Below the pieces are notes generated by a model that saw nothing but the letters and a program-made list of their open reading frames with translations, had not been told where the DNA came from and made no database searches. A stretch of DNA of 63,981 bases, filler included, from Octopus bimaculoides (Eukaryota): NCBI RefSeq assembly GCF_001194135.2. It is 8 parts of 8 records of this genome, joined end to end, with 100 filler letters (N's around TTAATTAATTAA, not from the genome) between each part and the next. Parts side by side here need not be neighbours in the genome. Positions count along the whole stretch, not along the records: positions 1 to 5,404 come from NC_068982.1; positions 5,505 to 15,288 come from NC_068983.1; 6 more parts are not named here. One strand, written 5' to 3'. Positions 1-9,545 of this stretch are shown here, in pieces (the first letter of the stretch is position 1; each line of letters starts with the position of its first letter). The position numbers and the translations under genes were made by a program.

Positions 1-114
1 ACCTTTTGCTTGATGGTTTCTATGGTGGCATCAATGTCAACTATGGTTTTCATGTTATATTTTTTCTTTAGTTTTTGGGTCTTTGTAGGTTTGATACTCT
101 TGTCAAATTTAAGG

Positions 115-117
<3 letters not shown>

Positions 118-197
<80 letters not shown>
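118..197. repeat. (ATT/TAA)n microsatellite; 3' tail or target of the adjacent minus-strand LINE
   Basis: About 26 perfect ATT units directly abutting the 3' UTR of the LINE relic at 198-870. Confidence 0.95.
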
Positions 198-199
<2 letters not shown>

Positions 200-870
200 G
201 TTTGACTATTGCTTTGTATCTGTACAAGTTGATGCCAAGCCTCACGCCAAGACCTCAAGGACAAGTTAGAAGTTCAAGTTGGTGTTATGCCTAGGGTGCT
301 ATATATTTGGTTTTGCGAAAACATAAGAAAAATTTAAATTTGTTTTAAAATTTGAGATTACATAGACAGTATGTTACGTAAGATATGGGCAGTTCACATG
401 AGTACTATTTTTTAATTTCTGCCATTTTGGGGTTTCCTCGTATCTGAGCTAGGTAGCAATCAGTCCATTTTGCAATCATTCCTATGGCACCTATGACAAC
501 AGGTATTGTTTAAATCTTGAGGTTCCACATTTTGCCGATTTCTATTTCAAGATCTTTATACTTGCTCACTTCCTGGTAGTTCTTGACAGATACATTTATG
601 TCGATTGGTACAGTCACATCCATGAGGAGGTATGATGTTTGTCTGTAGTCCTTCAATATAATGTCTGGCCTATTCGCATCTATCTTTCTGTCAGTTTGAA
701 CGGTGGAGTTCCAGAGCAGTGGGATGTGGTTATTTTCAGGCGCTGGAGGTGGTTTGTGTTTCCACCAGTTTTTATCATGAGGCAGGTCAAATTTTTGTAA
801 ATTACCCACTGAATATATTGTGCTGCTCTATCGTGCCTGCTGAGATACTCTGTAGACGCAAGAAGATTGC
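198..870 (-). mobile_element. 5'-truncated R4/Dong-like non-LTR retrotransposon (restriction-like endonuclease domain and 3' UTR), pseudogenised
   Basis: Minus-strand translation across frameshifts: SCNLLASTEYLSRHDRAAQYIQW / KFDLPHDKNWWKHKP...WNSTVQTDRKIDANRPDIILKD...LMDVTVPIDINVSVKNYQEVSKYKDLEIEIGKMW / TIPVVIGAIGMI / IVLM*TAHILRNILSM* (stop 358-360). This is the zinc-knuckle end plus PD-(D/E)xK RLE C-terminus typical of R4-clade elements, followed by a UTR and an (AAT)n tail. Confidence 0.85.
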
Positions 871-1270
871 AAGAAGTTGGAAAATGGATGAGAAGAGTAG
901 AAAAGAGAGTAGTTGAGGTAAAGCGAACAGGACGACCGTCGGGAAAGAATTTAAGAACTTTGATATTTTATAATAAAGACATGGAAATAGAAAAGAGATT
1001 AACGAAAACAAAAGTTTGATAAGAGTGAAGTTAGAAACGGACATGTTCGACCCAAGTCACAGAGCAGCTTTGGTGGAAGGAGACAGAATGAAAAGGCTCG
1101 TTGAGTTGTTCAAAGAGCGGATCAAAACAAGTAAGATATATGTTTGATACGAGAATTTGCCCAGTGTAATTGGAATAGAGGATTTGATAGAACACGTAAC
1201 AGATGAAAACTGGTTATATACTGTTTTAAAGAACTGTAAAATGAAATTGCGAGCTTTGGGGGACTCGTAA
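861..1270 (+). pseudogene. Unidentified coding-like relic (~135 aa, one frameshift, one in-frame TGA), possibly a retroelement accessory ORF
   Basis: RRLQEVGKWMRRVEKRVVEVKRTGRPSGKNLRTLIFYNKDMEIEKRLTKTK (861-1013), frameshift near 1015, then LIRVKLETDMFDPSHRAALVEGDRMKRLVELFKERIKTSKIYV*YENLPSVIGIEDLIEHVTDENWLYTVLKNCKMKLRALGDS* (1016-1270). Purine-rich and protein-like, but I recognise no family. Confidence 0.35.
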
Positions 1271-1413
1271 GGCATTCCACATTTTCATTATAAATATGCC
1301 ATTTAAAATTCATCATTCGTGATATGTAACTCACGTTTTGTATTGTCTATCCTTGTAATGTCCAATGTTTGTCTCAGGCTACATGCCTATAATAAAGAGA
1401 AAAGTCATGCTAC

Positions 1414-1456
1414 TCCAGGCTGATGACGAGCAAAAACTCAGAAACATATCCCTGGA
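1414..1456 (+). ncRNA. Minimal type I hammerhead ribozyme motif
   Basis: tccagg CTGATGA cgag caaaaa ctca GAAA catat C cctgga. Perfect 6-bp stem I (tccagg/cctgga), intact CUGAUGA and GAAA core, GAG/CTC stem II and an AUC triplet. Stem III ACATAT is one substitution from the palindrome ACATGT. Confidence 0.7.
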
Positions 1457-2129
1457 TGCAGGCTTGGCTTGGTGGAGGTGCTTGTCTCCCCCGCGTAAAC
1501 ATAAGGACACAGGAAATGTATCAAGGCCGACAGAAAGCGGTGCAGCTTCCTAGGGTTAAATAGCAGTAGTATGATTCCCTTATTGGGACTGTCACGTTAC
1601 GTTGACAGTATACAAGAAAAATATCATTATATATATATAAGCTTGAAGTCGTGGCGATACGGGTATGTCAGGGTTTTCAATTTACGATTATTTTCGTTAT
1701 TGGTACAGGGGCTTAGAATTTCTGCTCATTACCCCGATTTCAATTAATGGGTATAGTGAAAATTTGTGGTTGTAATTTCTGGCTGCTATTTTTAGCGTGC
1801 TGGTGTCACTTGTAGCACCCTTAATTATTTATGTATATATATATATATATATNNNNNNNNNNNNNNNNNNNNNNNNNNNNNNNNNNNNNNNNNNNNNNNN
1901 NNNNNNNNNNNNNNNNNNNNNNNNNNNNNNNNNNNNNNNNNNNNNNNNNNNNNNNNNNNNNNNNNNNNNNNNNNNNNNNNNNNNNNNNNNNNNNNNNNNN
2001 NNNNNNNNNNNNNNNNNNNNNNNNNNNNNNNNNNNNNNNNNNNNNNNNNNNNNNNNNNNNNNNNNNNNNNNNNNNNNNNNNNNNNNNNNNNNNNNNNNNN
2101 NNATATATATATATATATAAACACACAAT

Positions 2130-2460
2130 TGATGGAGTAGAGTGGATAAAATTCAACCTACATATGTTTGCTAGCTAGCAGATCCTCTGATGACGGGTAG
2201 TCTATTTGTCACTCATCAGGCCGAATATGCATTAATTATATGAAGGCTATATTGTTATTAAGGAATCCAAAGTTAAATCGCTGGAGATCAAAACATATCT
2301 TCGGCGAGTTCACTTGGAATTCCTTAAGGACAATGTAATTAAGGTTTCTTCGGCCTGATGAGTAGCTAGCTGAGCGCCCCTCGTTGAGTAATTATTAAAT
2401 CAGAGGATCTGCTCGCTAGGAAATATATATAGCCTGAATCATACCTGCCTGCTCCATTCC
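2130..2460. mobile_element. Inverted (5'-to-5') pair of a ~160-180 bp hammerhead-bearing repeat (HH family 1)
   Basis: 2163-2191 matches the reverse complement of 2399-2427 at 26/29. 2211-2225 (actcatcaggccgaa) is the exact reverse complement of 2349-2363. Inner arms also align (attgttattaaggaatccaaagttaaatcgctggagat vs attgtccttaaggaattccaagtgaactcgccgaagat). Each arm reads ttcggc-CTGATGA-g...gctag-(G/C)AAA-(palindrome)-TA-g(c/g)(c/t)tgaa. Confidence 0.75.
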
Positions 2461-4306
2461 CTCAGTTTGGATGTTTATTCGCATTCATAACAACTCAAGT
2501 TGCTAACCGTGATCTATAAAGTTTTTTTTTATTAGATTAACGAACTTCGATATGGGAAAAACCTACAACCTTCGACGCTAATAAATTATCATTGTTCCTG
2601 AATATTTTTTTTATATCTACCAAGGAGTTGTGAAGGAATCTGGAAGATTTGAGCAATCTGTGGATGTATAAAAAAATAACATTCAGGAACAATAGTAATT
2701 TTTTAGCGTTGAAGTGTGTATATATTTCCTAGCTAGTAGGATCCCTGCTAGCTTGGAAATATTGCTATCTCAACAGGAGATATTGCTCGAATCTTACAAA
2801 TTTCCTTCACTTAAATCCTTGGACCTTATAATTTCACGCGCGCACAGACACACACGCACATACACACACATGCGTTTTCATATCCGTACAGGCTTGGCTG
2901 AATGCTTAACAACACTTATGAATGATAGGTACATTATGACATGCCGCATCTTTGCAAGTTTCTTCAACAATAGCCATGGTAACCATCTGCAGCCTGAATG
3001 AAATTTGGTAGCATAAAACTTTGTGGCATCGTATTGCTTGGGCTGTAGCCCAAAGGGCTAACTTTCTTCATAAAACTCGCTTATTTACAGAAAAATATTA
3101 TGTTGACTTCCACTCAACCATTTTCACGTCAATGTGTAAGATTTGAACACCCATCGTTTGCTTCAGCTGCAAACAATTCAGTGAAAGAAAATCAACAATC
3201 TTAATTAAAATATCATCGGTCAGTTCCAAATCAAATAATTCGTAGACTGAGGAATTAATATCTTAGTAATTAATATAATTTCCTTTTACAAGATGAGTAA
3301 CACCTCGATTCCATTGTAACGTGTTACCAATTAGATTTAAGCAGGAACCAGCCAGGCAGCTTCTACATAGTCTAATAACATCCTTGAACTAGATGAGCAT
3401 CTACTATTCATATCTTAGAGTCTAAATGTATGATATATTGCATAATGTATCTCGGAATACATTATGTGTTATTTATTGTTTGTCTTCAGATGGGGTGTGT
3501 TTGGATACACTGACTACGGAAATGCATTTCAATACTTTCTATTGAAAAACTTACATATCTTGCAATAGCATTATTTCTCTTGAGTAACCTATTAGAGCAA
3601 TACCATATAATACCATTTTAAAAATAACCTGGCATTGTCAAATAATTTATTGAGCATTATCTTATAATCATACTATAGTCTGCCTCATGTCTGCATGATT
3701 TCTAAGTGCCATTTTTACGATAAAATCTGAAATATATTATAACTTGGACGAAAATAGGATTGATTTTTGAAATCATGGAATGAACTTTTCGTACGGTAGG
3801 TATTGTGTATTGAGAAACTATTTAATTTAATAGTTTTCCTTGTAATAAATAGTGGTTTGGTGGACGTTATCTGATGTATAAATCTTATTTCGATAATTTA
3901 ACTGTTACTTCTTCGCAAATGTGTACATAATGCTATTTATACCCAAATAATCCTATCCCGGTAAATATAAATATAAATACACTGCATATACTACGATATT
4001 CCGCATTCAAAACTCTCCATGTTTGGTATTTATATTATAAATCTTTGGATTTCGAGTTAATTTTAGCTTATAATAATTATATGAACACTTGCATCAACAT
4101 ATCAATTGTCTTTTTCTAATCATTCAAACACACAGACACACACGCGTGCGCGCATGCACACACGCATTCATATATNNNNNNNNNNNNNNNNNNNNNNNNN
4201 NNNNNNNNNNNNNNNNNNNNNNNNNNNNNNNNNNNNNNNNNNNNNNNNNNNNNNNNNNNNNNNNNNNNNNNNNNNNNNNNNNNNNNNNNNNNNNNNNNNN
4301 NNNNNN

Positions 4307-4382
<76 letters not shown>

Positions 4383-4544
4383 TTTACATAAATAGATGTA
4401 TGCTTTGTATTGATGTAACACTATCTCATACAGAACTCACTACAAATTATATAAATCTTTAGAATTTTCCTTTTACTAGCTTCTCCGCGTAAACTAGGAA
4501 TCACTAAGGTGTCACTTGGGAGGAATATCTGCTTCCTAGATATC

Positions 4545-4660
4545 AGTATATCTCTACCTACCTACCTATCTACCTACCTACCTACATACCTACCTATCTA
4601 CCTACCTACCTACCTATCTATCTGTTTATCTATCTCTCTGTCTCTTTATCCATTTGTCTG

Positions 4661-4735
<75 letters not shown>
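4545..4735. repeat. (CTAC)n/(CTAT)n compound tetranucleotide microsatellite
   Basis: Directly visible tandem tetramers. Confidence 0.95.
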
Positions 4736-5070
4736 GGCAAAAGAGAGTCACTTACTGTTATAGTTTCTTCAATGACAATATTGAGCAAGTTTACCGTGGT
4801 CTTTTCCGTAGGCTTTTCTTTCCACGGCTAAACCTAAACTGTCCTCCCCTCCTTTTACACGAGAACATTACTGTGATACACGATCCCTATTGATCGCTTT
4901 TTTATTTCTCGATCCCTTTTGATCGAACTCCCCCCTTTTTCCCTTCCTACGATCCCTTTTGATCGACACACCCCTACTTTTTTCTCTCTCTTTCCCTTCC
5001 CCCTCCCAAAAAGAAAAGCTCTTCATTGCATTTGTCCCATCTTTGTTGAGCCCTGTGTGGGTAATAAAAG
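4736..5070 (+). mobile_element. Unclassified retroposon 3' segment sharing the SINE-B tail
   Basis: Ends gagccctgtgtgggtaataaaagaaat, similar to the SINE-B tails at 10115-10133 and 13233-13255 (agccccttgtggg(c/t)a(a/g)taaagaa). Flanked by tetranucleotide microsatellites. Confidence 0.45.
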
Positions 5071-5081
5071 AAATGTATCTA

Positions 5082-5127
<46 letters not shown>

Positions 5128-5404
5128 GATCTATCTATCTGTGATCTGGACGGATGCTAGTCACATCGGCTCGCAAGTAAGTTGGCCTTTTATATGTCAA
5201 AACTTTTGCAGTTTTAAAATATTTTTTGTGGAAGAGGTGTATAAGTCTATACACTTCGACCCTATTGGGTTTTTGTAATAGGAAGTGGCTCCTTCTGGAG
5301 TTTATTTCCAAAAGTTTTTGATTTTTCTCCGGCTTATTTGCCATATTTCGTAAAAGAAATATGGCTAGGCCTTCACACGTGGTCGATTTGCCTCTAACAG
5401 CAGG

Positions 5405-5504
5405 NNNNNNNNNNNNNNNNNNNNNNNNNNNNNNNNNNNNNNNNNNNNTTAATTAATTAANNNNNNNNNNNNNNNNNNNNNNNNNNNNNNNNNNNNNNNN
5501 NNNN
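5405..5504. other. Artificial 100-bp assembly join spacer N44-TTAATTAATTAA-N44
   Basis: The same format recurs with the 12-mer at 15333, 33700, 43406, 47211, 51088 and 59028. The 12-mer has stops in all six frames. Confidence 0.9.
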
Positions 5505-5579
5505 TAGTATAAATTGCATTGATGGTAGCTAGAGGTGGTTTGGTGTCCATGTTGGTGGTGTTGATGCAGAAGACTATAC

Positions 5580-5603
5580 AGGTAAACATCATCATCATCG
5601 TCG

Positions 5604-5642
<39 letters not shown>

Positions 5643-5792
5643 CCAACACCACCACCACCATCATCATCATCATGGTCATCATCATCATTAGCTCCACCAC
5701 TACCACTACCACCACCATCTTCGTCTTCCTGCTTTTCCTTCATCTTGGTCCTCCTCTTCCTCCTCCCCCTCGTCGTCGTCGTCGTCGTCGTT
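5580..5792. repeat. Compound trinucleotide microsatellite (CAT/CAC/CCT/CGT)
   Basis: Directly visible; it explains the homopolymer ORFs at 5449-5866. Confidence 0.9.
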
Positions 5793-5899
5793 ACCTTGAC
5801 GACCAAATCAGCCGAGAGTGTGTTGACTCTATACAAGAGAATGTATTGACCGAATGACGAAAGCACTCCTACTAGACTTGACCAAAACCCAACGGTTCG

Positions 5900-5972
5900 A
5901 AAACCGACGCAGGCGTGGATGTGTGCTATGAAGTTTTCTTCTCAACCACGTGGTTTCGGATTTCAGTTCCAC
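5900..5972 (+). mobile_element. SINE-A 5' tRNA-like head (degenerate), truncated by a gap
   Basis: gcaggcgtggatgtgtg...caaccacgtggtttcggatttcagttccac aligns with the heads at 49381 and 16740-16800 (minus). Confidence 0.7.
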
Positions 5973-6750
5973 NNNNNNNNNNNNNNNNNNNNNNNNNNNN
6001 NNNNNNNNNNNNNNNNNNNNNNNNNNNNNNNNNNNNNNNNNNNNNNNNNNNNNNNNNNNNNNNNNNNNNNNNNNNNNNNNNNNNNNNNNNNNNNNNNNNN
6101 NNNNNNNNNNNNNNNNNNNNNNNNNNNNNNNNNNNNNNNNNNNNNNNNNNNNNNNNNNNNNNNNNNNNNNNNNNNNNNNNNNNNNNNNNNNNNNNNNNNN
6201 NNNNNNNNNNNNNNNNNNNNNNNNNNNNNNNNNNNNNNNNNNNNNNNNNNNNNNNNNNNNNNNNNNNNNNNNNNNNNNNNNNNNNNNNNNNNNNNNNNNN
6301 NNNNNNNNNNNNNNNNNNNNNNNNNNNNNNNNNNNNNNNNNNNNNNNNNNNNNNNNNNNNNNNNNNNNNNNNNNNNNNNNNNNNNNNNNNNNNNNNNNNN
6401 NNNNNNNNNNNNNNNNNNNNNNNNNNNNNNNNNNNNNNNNNNNNNNNNNNNNNNNNNNNNNNNNNNNNNNNNNNNNNNNNNNNNNNNNNNNNNNNNNNNN
6501 NNNNNNNNNNNNNNNNNNNNNNNNNNNNNNNNNNNNNNNNNNNNNNNNNNNNNNNNNNNNNNNNNNNNNNNNNNNNNNNNNNNNNNNNNNNNNNNNNNNN
6601 NNNNNNNNNNNNNNNNNNNNNNNNNNNNNNNNNNNNNNNNNNNNNNNNNNNNNNNNNNNNNNNNNNNNNNNNNNNNNNNNNNNNNNNNNNNNNNNNNNNN
6701 NNNNNNNNNNNNNNNNNNNNNNNNNNNNNNNNNNNNNNNNNNNNNNNNNN

Positions 6751-6798
<48 letters not shown>

Positions 6799-6799
6799 A

Positions 6800-6985
6800 G
6801 AATTACAGAATGGAGTAGATAAGATCCGGGCTACAAATGTTCCATAGCGAGCTGAACCGCAGAAGTGCTAAATATCCAGGTGTTGTGTACGCTGCTGGCT
6901 ACTCTTCAGGCCAAGGATATCTTGATTGAATGAAAGTTTACATTACTGTAATGAGGTACATATTAACGCCCGGAAGATTCAATCA
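6800..6985 (-). mobile_element. Third copy of hammerhead-bearing repeat family 1
   Basis: Minus strand: tccttggc CTGAAGA gtagccagc...gctcgctat GGAA catttgta gcccgga (6917-6825). It shares the tggagtag flank with 2133-2140. Confidence 0.65.
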
Positions 6986-7044
6986 GAATGTACAGAAAGC
7001 AGAGTAGGAGAGGTCAGCTGTAAAGTTCATAGGTATTGCTGTGT

Positions 7045-7741
7045 CTGAAAATTTCATCCTGTGGGTCAAAAGTGTTTTCAACAGCAGATGTAACTTCATC
7101 GTCACTGCAATACTGGTTCCCAACCAAATGTTTTTCCATGTTAAGGAACAGATGATAGTCAGATGAGACCAAATCAGGAGAATAAAGAGGGTGATCAACC
7201 AGTTCAAAGCCGCAGTCACGCACAAGTCATTGAAACCAAGGACTTGTATGCTGGAGCATTGTCCTGATGAAATAAGACACTTTTCGTCAGTTTTCCTGGG
7301 TGTTCAGTCCTTTTAGTTTTCCGTAACTGCTTCAGTAAGTTGGCGTAGTACTCTCCATTGATAGTGTGGTCCTTTTGAAAATAGTCAATAAACACAATGC
7401 CTTTTGCAACCCCCAATACCGAGGCCATCACCTTCCCAGCAGATGAAAAGACCTTGGCCTTCTTTGGTACTGGTGAGAAGGAATGCTTCCACTGCGTAGA
7501 TTGTCTTTTTGCCTCTGGCTCAAAGTGATGACTCCAGCCCTCATTCTGGGTTAGGAAACGTTCAAGGAAACCTGTTGGATTTGCTTCAAACAATGTCAGA
7601 TTTTCCCACGATGTGATCACCCCAGAACACTTTTGATCAGGTATCAGAAGACGTGCTAGCCACTAGGCAGAAAACTTCATCAAGTTCCTTGTGCAGAATA
7701 TTCTGAATTCTCTCACGAGATATGCTAATAGCATTGACTAT
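7045..7741 (-). mobile_element. Mariner (DD34D, irritans/Himar1-like) transposase relic, no TIRs visible
   Basis: IVNAISISRERIQNILHKEL / KFSA*WLARLLIPDQK (WVPRLL-like) ... FLTQNEGWSHHFEPEAKRQSTQW...SAGKVMASV...NGEYYANLL...LFHQDNAPAY / HPLYSPDLVSSDYHLF. The first catalytic D reads N. Confidence 0.92.
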
Positions 7742-8215
7742 TTGATCTTTGATGTCTTGAGACAAGTCATCGATCTTTCTCTTGACTGTATCGTTTGATA
7801 GGGAAATCTGGGAAAGCTTGTTTGCACTATTTTGCCCCAGAACGAGTTCTGCTGCACGGAGTAGACTTGGTTTTATGAGAGACTCTCCGATGTTATGGCT
7901 CTTCTTGCTCTTTGCAATCAACATGGCGATCTCAAAGGAAGCCTCAACAACCACTGAAGTTTCTTGCCGAAATGCCCCACTACCGTACAACTTTGTTTGC
8001 TTCAAGGAATGTCTTTTTGTTTCAAAGAATGCCTTGGGCTTGTCTGCAAGAGTAGCATGTGTTGTCCTCAAGTGGCGTTCCAAACGGGAAAGTCACAGTC
8101 CATCATTGCTCAAAGTTTTGTAACATATCACACACTGGGGGACATCTGTGTCATCCTTTTGGAGGGACACAAATCCAAATCGAATATATTCGTCAAGATA
8201 CTTCCGTTTCTTTGC
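7742..8215 (-). mobile_element. hAT (Buster/Charlie, ZBED5-like) transposase N-terminal relic with BED zinc finger
   Basis: KKRKYLDEYIRFGFV...PQCVICYKTLSNDGL*LSRLERHLRTTH...ASFEIAMLIAKSKKSHNIGESLIKP...ISLSNDTVKRKIDDLSQDIKDQ. Confidence 0.92.
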
Positions 8216-8918
8216 ACTCCTTGCAAATTATTTGATGTGCAGTGGACAACACAATTATTTGAACAAAAGATTAGGCACGTGTAAGATAATGCCAAGGCTC
8301 AAGTTAGAACGCTTGCCCAAGTTGCGAAAAAAATAAATTAAGACAAAAAACAATTGGAATAAAAGTTAAATTAAAAGAAAAGTCATACGAAACATTTGTA
8401 CAATAAAATATTGTATTTATTTGTACGAAAATATAAAAAAAGTTTCTTTAAAAAAGAAAAGATTTTGCAAAGCTTTTAGTTTTATCTAGTACTTTCTGTG
8501 ATATTTAAATCTGAATTTTAGTTTAACATTTGGTTTTATATTATAATTTTTTTCTTACAAAAAAAATTTACTATATTTTTATCATAAACATTTAATATTA
8601 AACATTTTGGTTTTAATGTTAACATTTTTTTATTTTTCCAACCTGTGTGGAATTTTATTAAATTGAGCGATAGTAGAACCTATTCCATATTTTTTGTTTT
8701 ATTTCATATTTTTAAATATATCATACTTTTCATCTTGCTAAAATTTTAAAATAGTTTTCAAAAAAGAGCTGACTATAAAAAACAAAAAAAAAAGACACTA
8801 ACACTAGCAGCAACAGCAGCAGCAGCAGCAGTAAAACCTGTAAATTCGACACTGTTTTAAAACATGAAGTAACTTGGACCTAAACTGATATGGTCACACA
8901 GCAGAAGTTTTGTTGCTA

Positions 8919-9196
8919 TAGTGGTTCTCAAAGTGGGCGGTATTGCCCCGCCCCCTGGGGATAGTAGAAAGTTCCAAGGGGGCGTTGAAAGAAAGTGGGG
9001 CGATAATGGGGCAGCGATTCATATAAAAACAACAAAATAATGGGTTCATTAGGTTAAGTCTTATTTGTGAAATACAGTTGCTTTGAATTTGCTTTAGAAA
9101 GAGGTCTATGTTTGTGATGGTTAGTTGGGGTGAGGTACTAGGAATGTGGCCTGGGTGTCAAGGGGGCGGCAGCCCGAAAATATTTGGGAACCACTT
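8919..9196. mobile_element. Buster/Charlie-type hAT MITE
   Basis: TIRs tagtggttctcaaa and tttgggaaccactt. The right flank ctataaag fits the NNNTANNN Buster target; the left flank retains cta(ta). Confidence 0.8.
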
Positions 9197-9285
9197 CTAT
9201 AAAGTTAAATGTTGGTCCAATACATGAATGTTCACCGTCGAGACAGACGGAGACTCTACAATATACTTTTGTCTTTTTCCTCACT

Positions 9286-9545
9286 ATTTTTTTAAATATT
9301 GGAGCATATTTTCTAATTATTTTTTTAAAAATCGGGGCATATTTTCTAATAATTTTTTTAAATATTGGAGTATATTTTTAAAATATTTAAAATATTTAGA
9401 ATAATTAAAATACTTGAAATATTTAGTAGTGGAACATATTTTCTAATTAGTTTTTTTAATATTGGAGCATATTTTCTAATTATTTAAAAAAATATTGGAG
9501 CATATTTTCTAATTATTTTTTAAATATTGGAGCATATTTTTAAAA
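9286..9545. repeat. AT-rich minisatellite, ~33-34 bp unit
   Basis: About 7 degenerate copies of aaatattggagcatattttctaattattttttt. Confidence 0.85.

Noticed and set aside
2890-3030. Minus-strand cysteine-rich EGF-like reading (GC.DGYHG..EETC..C)
   Set aside because: Needs two frameshifts within 30 bp and has stops; compatible with chance.
5449-5460. Recurrent TTAATTAATTAA motif (seven copies) as a biological element
   Set aside because: Always centred in exactly 44+44 Ns and has six-frame stops, so it is an assembly join spacer. Adjacency across these joins is less certain.
9286-9545. CRISPR-like array
   Set aside because: Head-to-tail minisatellite with no unique spacers, in eukaryotic DNA with no cas genes.
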